DNA of 63,808 bases, the filler included, from Octopus bimaculoides (taxonomy: Eukaryota): NCBI RefSeq assembly GCF_001194135.2. It is 4 parts of 3 records of this genome, joined end to end, with 100 filler letters (N's around TTAATTAATTAA, not from the genome) between each part and the next. Parts side by side here need not be neighbours in the genome. Positions count along the whole stretch, not along the records: positions 27,502 to 47,156 come from NC_068990.1; positions 47,257 to 63,808 come from NC_068990.1; 2 more parts are not named here. One strand, 5' to 3'. A program made the translations under genes and the position numbers. Positions within the stretch are counted from its first letter, which is position 1. The number at the start of each line of letters is the position of its first letter. Under the pieces are notes generated by a model. That model was not told where the DNA came from and searched no databases. It saw only the letters and a list, made by a program, of their open reading frames with translations. Shown piece after piece: positions 38,897 through 51,689 of the stretch.

Positions 38897-41003
38897 TACA
38901 TACATAAATACACTCACACACACATGCACTCACATGCATATCGCAACCTCTTAAATCGGAGTTGTTCAATTTAAATAGAGTGTCACCCAGAAGAATGCCG
39001 AATAGATATAAACGGCAATGAAAGAACAAGTTAAACGTTTAAAAGCTTTTCAAAATTCAAAAAGCATTTTTCTTTATTCGGTCTAAACTAAAATTTTGAA
39101 TAAATTGTCATATATTATATAGTTTGTTAGTAAATAATATTGCTAATATTTATTTAAAAAAAAAATAACTTAAAATTAATGACAATACACGCAGTTTAAA
39201 AGCTTAAGAAACAACTTTCGGTATAGAAATAGTTCTATGACGTGAACAATATACATAAAAATTTATGTATGCGTATATGTATACAAACATACATATACGT
39301 ATTCTTGTGAGTGTGTGCGTATGTGTGTGAGTGTGTGTGTTTGCCTGTGTATGCATACATACATACATACATACATACATACATACATACATACGTATGT
39401 ATGTATGTATGTATGTATGTATGTATGTATTTAAGTCACAATATATGGATTCTTTGTGCCTGAGTTTGTTCTTCACCACCGCTTGACAACCGATGTTGAT
39501 GTGTTTACATTCCCATAACGTAGCCAAAAAGACCAATAAAATAAAGGCTTAAAAAAAAACTAAGTACGGGAGTCGATTCGTTCGACTAAAACTTCTTCAA
39601 GACGGAGTCCTAGCATGGCCGCAGTCTAACGATTGAAACAAACGATAAATTATCGATTGAAATAAACGATAAAAGATATGTATGCGCACGCGTATGTGTG
39701 TGTGTGTGTGTATTCATATAGAAACATATATGTGTGTGTGTATGCATATTTACACATACACTTATACAAGTGAGTGTTGGACAGTCATTGAATGGGTAGA
39801 ACGATCATTGCCGACAGGGAAAATAGAAAGTTTCAACAAACCTCCAAATTATCAGTAATGGGCACGAGAAATTTAAGTCGTGTTGCATAACAACGACGAC
39901 AACTCGACGACGTTTACTTATGAAAACCAAGAAGCTCAGAGACAAGTCGAAACAAGAAACCTTTCTCAGCATTGTGAAACGAATACATAACATTGTAGCT
40001 CTCTCGCTTTGAGACATGTTTTAACAAAAAGGCTTGAGGGTATCTCACTCTACTTGTGCTCTTTCTTCTTGACGGACAAGTGTGTGTTAGTGTGTGTGTG
40101 TGTATGTGTGTGTATGTGCATTTATATGTATATATGTATGTATGTGTGCGTGTTTATATGCATATATATGTATATGTGTATGTACATATATATATATATA
40201 TATATANNNNNNNNNNNNNNNNNNNNNNNNNNNNNNNNNNNNNNNNNNNNNNNNNNNNNNNNNNNNNNNNNNNNNNNNNNNNNNNNNNNNNNNNNNNNNN
40301 NNNNNNNNNNNNNNNNNNNNNNNNNNNNNNNNNNNNNNNNNNNNNNNNNNNNNNNNNNNNNNNNNNNNNNNNNNNNNNNNNNNNNNNNNNNNNNNNNNNN
40401 NNNNNNNNNNNNNNNNNNNNNNNNNNNNNNNNNNNNNNNNNNNNNNNNNNNNNNNNNNNNNNNNNNNNNNNNNNNNNNNNNNNNNNNNNNNNNNNNNNNN
40501 NNNNNNNNNNNNNNNNNNNNNNNNNNNNNNNNNNNNNNNNNNNNNNNNNNNNNNNNNNNNNNNNNNNNNNNNNNNNNNNNNNNNNNNNNNNNNNNNNNNN
40601 NNNNNNNNNNNNNNNNNNNNNNNNNNNNNNNNNNNNNNNNNNNNNNNNNNNNNNNNNNNNNNNNNNNNNNNNNNNNNNNNNNNNNNNNNNNNNNNNNNNN
40701 NNNNNNNNNNNNNNNNNNNNNNNNNNNNNNNNNNNNNNNNNNNNNNNNNNNNNNNNNNNNNNNNNNNNNNNNNNNNNNNNNNNNNNNNNNNNNNNNNNNN
40801 NNNNATATATGGGTACAGGACGTCCCTACTGTGTAGACAACATGAAATACGAAAACAAACGAGTCAAATACGCAAACAAGAGAGAAAAAATGGAAAATAG
40901 GACAGTGGAGGCATAGAAGGAAACCGAACAAAAACAAACATGTAGGGTCGTTAGACCAGAACGAGAGGAAAATTGTGAACGTTGAGCATATGATCGAACG
41001 ATA

Positions 41004-41275
41004 CTTCAATCGGACCTATGCGTAGTAACCCAGTGGGCACAAAGAAACAATAGGCAGCTGAACGAAGAAAAAATTGAGCTCATCCACTTTGGAAAAGAGG
41101 GTACACTCAAACAACCATATACATTACCGTCGGGAGACCTACTTGAACCGTCGGATAATATCAGAGACTTAGGTGTAACTGTCGACAGCAACCTTAGCTG
41201 GAGTGTCCACATCAACAAAAAAGTCGATGTTGCCCGCAGAATGTGCTCTCCTCAGAACTTTTCAATCCAGGGATC
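41004..41275 (+). mobile_element. CR1/L2-type LINE reverse transcriptase C-terminal fragment
   Basis: Reads LQSDLCVVTQWAQRNNRQLNEEKIELIHFG...IRDLGVTVDSNLSWSVHINKKVDVARRMC, then LRTFQSRD after a small deletion. Confidence 0.85.
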
Positions 41276-41279
41276 CGCT

Positions 41280-41493
41280 AATCGGGATGTAGTTGGATGG
41301 CCACTTCTTTTTGCATCGTTCACAAAGCCTGTGGTCATCAGCTTTGCATGACAATTTTTTTTGTCTCCGGACGTAGTGTTGCATACTTACCTTTCTATGA
41401 ACGCCGCCATCTCTGAACCAAAACAATGGAATTCCACACTTCATAGCGTGCTGCTATCTTTGCTCGCTCCCGAACACTCAAGCGAACGGCCAT
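41280..41493 (-). mobile_element. Mariner-like transposase N-terminal HTH remnant (DUF4817 type, DD41D/rosa-like)
   Basis: Reads MAVRLSVRERAKIAARYEVWNSIVLVQRWRRS*KGKYATLRPET, then after a frameshift KNCHAKLMTTGFVNDAKRSGHP, matching the TGSV.D..RSGRP motif. Confidence 0.65.
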
Positions 41494-41637
41494 CTGGAAA
41501 ATAAGACAATAAGACAATAAGACAATAAGAAAATAGGAAATCCCCATTAGTGTTGTCTGTTTAAAAAATGTTTTCATCATGACTTCAGTGGTACTAAAAA
41601 TTCTATGAGCAATTTCTAATGCCTAGTTACTTTCCAC

Positions 41638-41679
<42 letters not shown>

Positions 41680-41849
41680 NNNNNNNNNNCGGTCACCCGT
41701 CTGTGAAATTTTTTTATCACGAGAGTTCCGGACCCCAGAATACAGCTAATCAGAGCTCCCCTTGACTTTGTTGTCAAGTTAACAAAGGTTGGCATTCAAA
41801 ATGACGACCTCCGATTGCCATGCGAATCTTGTATTGTGCTCTCATTCAG

Positions 41850-42144
41850 ATGCCAATATCATCGATACTGAACTCATACGCTGGTTAGCGGTAAATTTGA
41901 ATTACCGAAAATCTCTAGCTAGTATGATGACAATTGGTATGCAACCAACTGCAGCATCTAGGAGAAAGATGGTTGGTGGTGACAGAAACGGCATTGGTGA
42001 TGGCAGACCGTTGAAGGATTGTTTTAAAAGTGTGAAAGGAAAGGTGCCGTTCAGCTCTCAGATTATGCCGAGACGCAAAGCCCAGCATGACATTCATGAA
42101 TGTATTAAAAACAATCAATCTCTTGGGAAAACACACTCTACCAA
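41850..42144 (+). CDS. Candidate additional exon of the GPCR (intracellular loop 3)
   Basis: Acceptor tcttgtattgtgctctcattcag| and donor AA|gtaagt. The 295 nt are stop-free in phase 1-2 (ANIIDTELIRW...SLGKTHSTK), and the end phase matches exon 50895. No homology motif was recognised. Confidence 0.45.
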
Positions 42145-43062
42145 GTAAGTTCAATATGAAGAACGGTGTTGTAAGTCAACCGATCGCCAAGTTAAGTCTG
42201 ATTTTAGAAGAAGACAAATAATTAGATTTACATTAATTGGATTTTGTTAGGGCCCCATATGGTAAAAATGTAGATGAGAAAAATATGGGTCGAGGGTTTA
42301 CAAAGTAAACAACGACACAACTACGCAGAGGCAGCTATGGTTGAAACAAGAACAAAGACAACAAGCATTATTAAAAGAGAAAAGAAGCACGGTCATTCCT
42401 CACCCGAGTGACCTTATCTTATCGCCCATCATAAATTAGTTTGATAGTTAAGTTCTGTTTGGCTGTATGCAAATGAAATCATAACTGGGTTCTGGAACTC
42501 TCGTGGGAAAAAAATTTCGCCACCTGGCCTTTGCCCCGGTCTGTACTGTACTAAAATGTATTCATAGGGCTTCTATAGCATTATCCTAGAGTCAGATCAT
42601 AGTTACAGGCTGCTAGTCGCCACTCTTCACGAGTAAAAGGTCAAAATTCCAACCTGACTTAACATTGCTCTGATGTTTCCTGTTCTCTGGAGCAGACTTT
42701 TCTGGCTGCGTTACTTTGAAGTTGTTCTATTAACACCTGCTTTTAATATCGGCATGATCCCATCCGTCGTCGTTTCTGTTCTGGTCCCTCGTGCTTCCTC
42801 AAATGGGTTTGTCTATCGGCTTGAGATTTTAATTACTTTCGTAAATACATAGATATATGCATACATACACACAGACACACAGACACGCACACACACATAC
42901 AGACATTCACACACATACACATATATAGACATACACACACGCACACACGGCTAACTTTTAAAACGCTGACGAAGGGAGAGAAAGGGGGTGTGAGGAATAC
43001 GTAGCTTTAAGGAGAAAGGGGGGAGATGGTTTTTCTACAAACATACATACATATAATATGCA

Positions 43063-43093
<31 letters not shown>

Positions 43094-43144
43094 GTCTACT
43101 ATACACTATTTTCAACTGGTGGTTACCTTTGTGTACGTTTGTAA

Positions 43145-43178
<34 letters not shown>

Positions 43179-44107
43179 NNNNNNNNNNNNNNNNNNNNNN
43201 NNNNNNNNNNNNNNNNNNNNNNNNNNNNNNNNNNNNNNNNNNNNNNNNNNNNNNNNNNNNNNNNNNNNNNNNNNNNNNNNNNNNNNNNNNNNNNNNNNNN
43301 NNNNNNNNNNNNNNNNNNNNNNNNNNNNNNNNNNNNNNNNNNNNNNNNNNNNNNNNNNNNNNNNNNNNNNNNNNNNNNNNNNNNNNNNNNNNNNNNNNNN
43401 NNNNNNNNNNNNNNNNNNNNNNNNNNNNNNNNNNNNNNNNNNNNNNNNNNNNNNNNNNNNNNNNNNNNNNNNNNNNNNNNNNNNNNNNNNNNNNNNNNNN
43501 NNNNNNNNNNNNNNNNNNNNNNNNNNNNNNNNNNNNNNNNNNNNNNNNNNNNNNNNNNNNNNNNNNNNNNNNNNNNNNNNNNNNNNNNNNNNNNNNNNNN
43601 NNNNNNNNNNNNNNNNNNNNNNNNNNNNNNNNNNNNNNNNNNNNNNNNNNNNNNNNNNNNNNNNNNNNNNNNNNNNNNNNNNNNNNNNNNNNNNNNNNNN
43701 NNNNNNNNNNNNNNNNNNNNNNNNNNNNNNNNNNNNNNNNNNNNNNNNNNNNNNNNNNNNNNNNNNNNNNNNNNNNNNNNNNNNNNNNNNNNNNNNNNNN
43801 NNNNNNNNNNNNNNNNNNNNNNNNNNNNNNNNNNNNNNNNNNNNNNNNNNNNNNNNNNNNNNNNNNNNNNNNNNNNNNNNNNNNNNNNNNNNNNNNNNNN
43901 NNNNNNNNNNNNNNNNNNNNNNNNNNNNNNNNNNNNNNNNNNNNNNNNNNNNNNNNNNNNNNNNNNNNNNNNNNNNNNNNNNNNNNNNNNNNNNNNNNNN
44001 NNNNNNNNNNNNNNNNNNNNNNNNNNNNNNNNNNNNNNNNNNNNNNNNNNNNNNNNNNNNNNNNNNNNNNNNNNNNNNNNNNNNNTATATATGTATGTAT
44101 GTATGTA

Positions 44108-44147
<40 letters not shown>

Positions 44148-44877
44148 TACAAACACATTCACGCACGGATTCGTAGCTAAACACACACACATGTAGGGGC
44201 GAATAGTATATGTAGGTGTATGGCTATAAATCAAAAACTAACAAAAGGTCCAGCTGCGAAACCGGACTGACCTGACTGTTACTGCGTTTCTGTCATTTAT
44301 TTACTGTTGTTGAAGCAGTTACTGTTGTTTTTATTGTTGTTGTTGCGCAAGGAAAATATAATATATTACCTTTTAACATGTAGATATGTTATTATTTTTT
44401 ACCTTTCTGTTCCATCCGGTTACTCTGTACACTCCTACTCTGAACAGTGGAACCTTCTTATCGACCGATATGACAGCTGTTTATGAACGTACAGGAATAA
44501 GTTAATATGGTAGTCGTTGTTGCTGATCTTCATTCCAATTACTGGTTTCAAATTTTGGTACAAGGTTAGCAAGTTCGGTGGAGGGGATAATCGATTGCAT
44601 CGACCCCAACGCGCGACTGGTGCTTATTTTATCGACTCTAAAAGTAATTTGAACTCAGAGTATAAAGACAGACGAAATACCGCTTGACATTTTGCCCGGC
44701 ACGCTAACGATTCTGCCAGCTCGCCACTTTGTTTATCTCAATTGTTAATAACATAAATAAACTTCAATGATTACAAGAAAAATTACAGATTTAAACTACA
44801 TAGAGACACCATTCGATTAACTTGACAATAGTTAAGTGTTAACATATACAGTGCAATGAGTATCAAAAATAATTATG

Positions 44878-45582
44878 GGATCTATTTTAAAACGGGGGCC
44901 ACATTTTTCATTAATGTTTTACGTAGTGTTTTTGGTATGGAAAGACTTTCAAACTTCGTATACTTATCTATTTTGTGTTATAGAACAGAAAAATATTTTT
45001 GTATTCGAATTTATTTCATGTAAAAAATTCTCTTCTTTCGATAATTTCAACCAATCACTGACAAGTATTCAGTTGTTTACATTTACTCCTTTGGCTGATT
45101 AAGCGATGTAAAGCGTATTTAATCTCCATACCTTCGTTTTATTTGCTTTTTTTATTTTAAATTTGCTTTANNNNNNNNNNNNNNNNNNNNNNNNNNNNNN
45201 NNNNNNNNNNNNNNNNNNNNNNNNNNNNNNNNNNNNNNNNNNNNNNNNNNNNNNNNNNNNNNNNNNNNNNNNNNNNNNNNNNNNNNNNNNNNNNNNNNNN
45301 NNNNNNNNNNNNNNNNNNNNNNNNNNNNNNNNNNNNNNNNNNNNNNNNNNNNNNNNNNNNNNNNNNNNNNNNNNNNNNNNNNNNNNNNNNNNNNNNNNNN
45401 NNNNNNNNNNNNNNNNNNNNNNNNNNNACGACAACTTTAACATGGAATAACTTAGGGATTTCTTTTTTTTTTTTAAAGAAGACTAAGAGAAAAAGATGTT
45501 TTATATGACACATTCTACCAGTGTTCCAAGTTTCAAAGTGTTTCGTTAATGAAAAATGTGGCCCCCGTTTTAAAAAAGATCC
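44878..45582. mobile_element. Non-autonomous DNA transposon with an 8-bp TSD (Merlin-like MITE)
   Basis: TIRs of about 37 bp, GGATCT(A/T)TTTTAAAACGGGGGCCACATTTTTCATTAA, with a perfect TSD TAATTATG at 44870-44877 and 45583-45590. There is an internal N gap. Confidence 0.8.
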
Positions 45583-46095
45583 TAATTATGCGTTGAGGGA
45601 AAGGTAATATTACTTCAATGATAAATAATTTTTCCAATTATTTTTATCAAGTAAGAGTGACAAGTCCGGTCATGTTTCGGTATTATACACACTCATATTT
45701 ATATGTATCTTTGTACAGATACGGTGATGCAAAAAAAAAAAAAAATAATAAATAAAACTTAGAATTTGAGTATATGTATATTTTTATTAATATTTAGCAG
45801 AAGCAACAGAGCGACTCAAGGGCCGAGTTTGATAAGTGCGAACGCAAGGGACTCTCGGCGCTTCAATTATTCTGTAACTTCTGTTGAATATTAATACATA
45901 CATACATACATACATACATACACATGTATATACATACATACATACGTACGTACATAGATACATACATACATACATAGAAACGTATATAGTATATACTTCT
46001 TACCGTAACACTATTTATCTCTACGGTAACTACAGTAAATTTGCATTTTAGCAGTGGAAATATGTCACAAACATATTTTAACTAACGCAAAGTTC

Positions 46096-46136
<41 letters not shown>

Positions 46137-46816
46137 CCAAAGTGTACAGTATTATATATCCATCACGGCTGCTCTTGCCAGTTGGTTTCGCGCTAGGAGT
46201 ACGACGAAGTGTTAGGCAACAATCCGATTATATAATCCTACGCTCATCAGAGGTAGCCAATATAGAATGAAATATGTCTCCATATTTCATTTCATATCGA
46301 GTGGAACTTTTTCTTGATGAAAATATTAACAAGCTATAAGCACATAAATGCTTTTCAAGTCTTGTAGGACATTTTACCATTATTTCATTAGTGTTACGTT
46401 TGCACATAGCATATCTAATGCTATCTCATAGTCAAATGGCCTTTATATGTATATATTTATGTATATACCAACTACGAACGTCGTTTTCCATTATGTCTTG
46501 TCCTTATTCTATTGTTGCTTATAGCTTGTTAACCTGTTCGTCACTGGCCTTCACTTCCGCACACTTATCCCAGTAGTGTTTGCCGTTGACTCCAAATTGA
46601 ACAATCTTATTGACAATATGATTACTGTTAAACTACCCATAATAGATAATTTGTTTTTAGTGGTGGATGTTTGTGTAGGTCCCGCCACACATTTTGGAAA
46701 TACTGACAGCAGAAAGGTGAATCAAACGTTGGCCACAAATTCAATGAATAACATACTTCAGGTTTTTCTATTAGAGTTCTCCATCTTCGGAGTTAGTTAC
46801 TTTTGGTAGGTTAAAC

Positions 46817-47150
46817 TGCGGTAGGAAGCTTGCTTCCCAACCACATGGTTCTGGGTACAGTTCCACTGCATTGTTGCACTTTTGGCAAATGTCTTCTACT
46901 CAGGGGCCGATCAAAGCCTTGTGAGTGAGTTTGGCAGACGGAAACTGAAAGAAGCCCGTCGTATATATATGTGGTAAGTAGCTTGCTTACCAACCACATA
47001 GTTCCGGGTTCAGTCCCATGGCGTGGCACTTTGGGCAAATGTCTCCTACTATAGCCTCGGGCCGACCAAAGCCTTGTGAGTGGATTTGGTAGACGGAAAC
47101 TGAAAGAAGCCCGTCGTATATATGTATATATGTATATGTATATATATGCG
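46817..47150 (+). mobile_element. Tandem pair of family-A SINE 5' halves
   Basis: Two successive copies of g(c/t)ggta(g/a)g..gcttgctt.ccaaccacat...gaaactgaaagaagcccgtcgtatatat. Confidence 0.8.
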
Positions 47151-47256
47151 TGTGTGNNNNNNNNNNNNNNNNNNNNNNNNNNNNNNNNNNNNNNNNNNNN
47201 TTAATTAATTAANNNNNNNNNNNNNNNNNNNNNNNNNNNNNNNNNNNNNNNNNNNN

Positions 47257-47321
<65 letters not shown>

Positions 47322-48161
47322 TTATGCAACATTTTTTATCTTTTACTTGTTTCACTCATTGGACTGTGGCCATTCTGGAGCATCGTCTTCTATGGTTCAT
47401 AGCAGAAGACGGTGACCCAACATAATTCAATTGATTTATAATATATCTATACACACACTCGTAACCGCATTTCAAAATTTAACTTGCAGATAACGCATCT
47501 ATGCATCCCTCTTCCGTTGGTGCGCATTTGTAGGGAGTTGTAGTCAATTCTCTTAAACAAGCGATCTTCCATCATTTTGGGTGTCGTTTGGTCAATAAAC
47601 AAAATAACGTTTAAAATCTCGTTCATTTAGCGTGACGTTGTTTGCTGTGATAATCCTTTTTTTCGCTCCCCTCCATTATTCTCGATCGCCCATAAAAAGC
47701 ATGAATTTGAATATTTAAAAAAATTGATAGAATTAAGTAGATGGGGCGTTTAATTGAAAATTTTTGAATGATATTTTATAAAGCCAGCTGGTGCATTATT
47801 TTAAAAATTTAATTTAATCAAATCATTCGGTTCATGACACACTTCACGAAGACTGCCGATCACTTTACATACAGCTAATTATAATTTTGTGGATAGGTGA
47901 GCTGCTTATAATATATTGTCCTTCAAAAAGATATGCAAGCGGTGGTTTTCTAGTATTTTATGTAACGTGTAACGGCGTGTCTGCGTTCGTCTGCGTTCGT
48001 CGGACAGTTTCTAAACAAAACTGTCCGACGAACGGGAGCGTGAAAGCTCTGAGTAACAGTTTTCGTGATATTTTCGCAGCTTTTTAATAAAGCATATTAC
48101 TCTACCTCTAGTATTCGAGTACTATTTTTTCCACCTTGCTTCGCATTTATGTGCTTACTCT

Positions 48162-48205
<44 letters not shown>

Positions 48206-49062
48206 TACATACATACATACATACGTGCATACATACTTACACACGTACCCGCACTTTCTACCTGTCTCCACTTCCTTCTTTCTGTCTGGATTCTTTATAG
48301 TTACACATATGTACAATTTATATTAATATACACACACATATATATATATATATGAGCGTGCGTGTGGGCGTGGATGTGAACACGTATGTGTGTGTTTATA
48401 CGTATAACGTTATACTAATGTCTTTATGTATAATATGTGTGCGGTCATGCTGGGATTATAATTAAGTATATGTATGTGTACATGGAAGCCACTTCACGTT
48501 AGTGTGTGTATTTCTGTATGTCTGTGTGTGCGTTGTTTCGATGGGATTGTATGAGGAATGGGGTGGGTGGGTTCATAATTTAGAATTTATTATCCTAGTT
48601 CCCAATCTAAATGCTAATGTGACCGTGAACGTCATTAAATCGTTGACCGTCGTTCAACGGGCAACGCTTTGATCAATGTAATAACTTCCAGCCGACTTCA
48701 TTTTGATTTTATTTAGTTTGGATTAACGTCTATGTCTTTTATTAGGATTAATTTTCTTAAAACTTATAAAAGATGTCAAGCAAAAGCTTCAAGAGTTATT
48801 TCTATTTGCATATTGTAAATACGCCCGAACGAACTCATCTCGAGATTTTCGTTTGGTCGATCGTGCCTTCAGATCATAAGATCCCAGGAAGCAAATAGAC
48901 TGCAGGATTATTATCAGATATTTCCAGACATTACGGCCTGTATTACACCACGTTCTATGAACTGCATAGCATTGTATAAGATATGAAATAATGATATCGT
49001 CCGTTTACGGAAACAATTGTAATGTCAATTTAACTTCTTCCCTCATTTGAATTATCACTTAT

Positions 49063-49215
49063 ATACGAGCGGTGCATGAAAAGTTTTGAACCTAATAGAC
49101 CTTTGAGCCTTCAAGTTTCCGAAGATCTTCTCAGGGATACAATGAGGAACGCATGCGCCAGGTTCCGAATCCATCTACAAAGCGTGATGGAAGCTGAGAA
49201 CGACTATTTAGAGGA
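49063..49215 (+). mobile_element. Internally deleted mariner/Tc1-like remnant
   Basis: TA followed by CGAGCGGTGCATGAAAAGT resembles a mariner end. It is followed by LRDTMRNACARFRIHLQSVMEAENDYLE, which resembles a transposase C-terminus. Confidence 0.4.
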
Positions 49216-49337
49216 AATTTTTATCTCCCAGCCATAATCGAGTTGATATTTTCGATTGTTTCTAAATACTTTCACTTTTGGCTGGGATATTGTTTTCTTT
49301 TCCTTTTATGCAAACTGTCAAATTTAGCCCAAAGACC

Positions 49338-49370
<33 letters not shown>

Positions 49371-49732
49371 CAGTCTGTTAAAGTCTGTCATACCGGCCAT
49401 GACGAAGGGAACTAGCCCTGAAACTCGAGTCGCCTTTATATATTTATATTTATATATTTATATATTTGATCCTTTATATTGAACACTCAATATTTCATCT
49501 ACATTCAATACTTTCTTTCATGGTGCCATCCATTTTTATTTTATTTTATTTTATATTATATATTGTATATTATATTATATATTGTATATTCCATATTCTA
49601 TACCCCACATTGGTTCTGCAGGAATATAAATAAAACATAAAAAACAGACAGTGTTGGAACTCTTTTAAACAAAATAATATATTCCTCTATACACAATCAT
49701 AAAAAAAGACCTTTTTTGTATTTATTTTTACT

Positions 49733-49771
<39 letters not shown>

Positions 49772-49965
49772 GTTTTATGCATATATACATATATGTGTGT
49801 ATATGTATATATAAACGTACATTCATACATACATATATACATACATATATATGTATATAATATATACATATTTATACATACATGCTTAAATATATATACA
49901 CAAATGTGTGTGTATGTAGTTGACATTTATTATTTGAAATTTTATTTTGTGAGCAGATATGTATG

Positions 49966-50075
<110 letters not shown>

Positions 50076-50422
50076 AATTTTGTTATAAATTTTGCGAGAA
50101 ATACATTTTCATTTAATTTCATTGTTTACATATGAAAGGAGGATAAACATTTTTAAAGAGAGCTGCCAGCAAAATACGCAGTTTTTATTTTAAACGCTGG
50201 TCACGTGATTAAATGGAAATTAGCGATGGCAAACCACTCAATCAGTATCAAAACACTTTGATAGTAAGAAGTGAAACAGTGTGGTAGTTATGACAGCACA
50301 GCTAGCTGCATAACTTAAGATTCATCATTAAGATTCATCATTTTAGAAAGTGAAAGTTACTTAGAATATTGTGTTTTCTTTGCCTTTTATGCAAACTGTC
50401 AAATTAGCCTGAACACCTTGAA

Positions 50423-50743
50423 AATATATGTATGAAAGCGGCGAGCTGTCAGAAAGGTTAGCATGCCGGGCGAAATGCTTGGCGGTATTTCGTCTCTCTT
50501 TACGTTCTGAGTTCAAATTCCGCCGAGGTCGACTTTGCCTTTCATCCTTTCGCGGTCGATAAATTAAGTACCAGTTGCGTACTGGGGTCGATCTAATCGA
50601 CTGACCCCCTTCTCCCAAAATTTCGGGCTTTGTGCCTAGAGTAGAAAAGAATATATGTATGAAAGCGGCGAGCTGTCAGAAAGGTTAGCATGCCGGGCGA
50701 AATGCTTAGCGGTATTTCGTCTGTTTTTACGTTCTGAGTTCAA
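50423..50743 (+). mobile_element. Family-B SINE with a 227-bp-period partial tandem duplication
   Basis: The sequence aatatatgtatgaaagcggcgagctgtcagaaaggttagcatgccgggcgaaatgc occurs at 50423 and again at 50650. Confidence 0.88.
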
Positions 50744-50894
50744 TAACAACATAATAACAACAATATACTGTTTTTTGTTTCATTATTTTATATATGTATA
50801 TTATACTTACAGCATATCGACAACATAATCATATATATCGTAGAAAATGTGTTAATCTTAAAACAAACATTTCCCGTTGATTTTTTTTTTCCAG

Positions 50895-51207
50895 ACGACA
50901 AGATGAATCTAATGAAGAAGGCAAGCAGAAGCAATCTTTCAAAGGCATGACCAGTAACCGTAATTACCGTACTTTGGCATCACCAACCAGTTCCGGTGTT
51001 AATGAGCGGGCAAGCAGTAGTGAATGCTGCAACAGCGCTGCCAACAAAACTGGTTGTGGAAGCGGTGACTGCGTTAGTGGCGGTGCATGTAAAAAAGACT
51101 CTCCTCAAACGCAGACTTCTGATCACAAGAAGTCACCCCGCCCATGCCCTGTACTGAAACGCATGCCCAAAGAACAAAGTGCTGAAGTGTTACATAAACG
51201 TAGGCAG
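50895..51207 (+). CDS. Class A neuropeptide-type GPCR, ICL3 exon
   Basis: Acceptor ttttttttttccag| and donor CAG|gtaatg, 313 nt, phase 2-0. Encodes RQDESNEEGK...SAEVLHKRRQ, which joins in frame to VIKML of the TM6 exon. Confidence 0.82.
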
Positions 51208-51475
51208 GTAATGTTATATCTTATCAAGTTTTTTAAATCATTAGTCAAGAAATATGTTTTTATTTCAACAGTGATTGACAGAGGACATAAGAATGATGAG
51301 TTCCTAAATGATGATGGATCTTCAATGTTGTCGATATATGAGTATGGTGTTCAAGATGAGGCTTGAAATTAAAGGACAGAGGTTGTGGGGAAGTTTCGGA
51401 TGAACAGAAAGCTTTGAAATTTGTGTACGTTTACAATAAGGTGAAATACTTATGGATCGTAAAGTTTTGTTGCTC

Positions 51476-51513
<38 letters not shown>

Positions 51514-51689
51514 GACACGTGTGTGTGTCTGTATATGTGTATGTATGCGTGCATATATGTACAGCGTAAAATTAAAAACAAAACCAACAGCATATAAGAA
51601 TGATGTTAGTTTTATTGAAATGCTGTTCTTAAAGAATCAGTGAGTATTTTCCATTCTCTGATTACATAGGCGGCACTTGAACATACTAT

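Noticed and set aside
39885-39990. Frame with N-glycosylation-like sequons (NSTT, NLSQ) as a GPCR N-terminus
   Set aside because: It is bounded by stop codons, with no usable start or donor.
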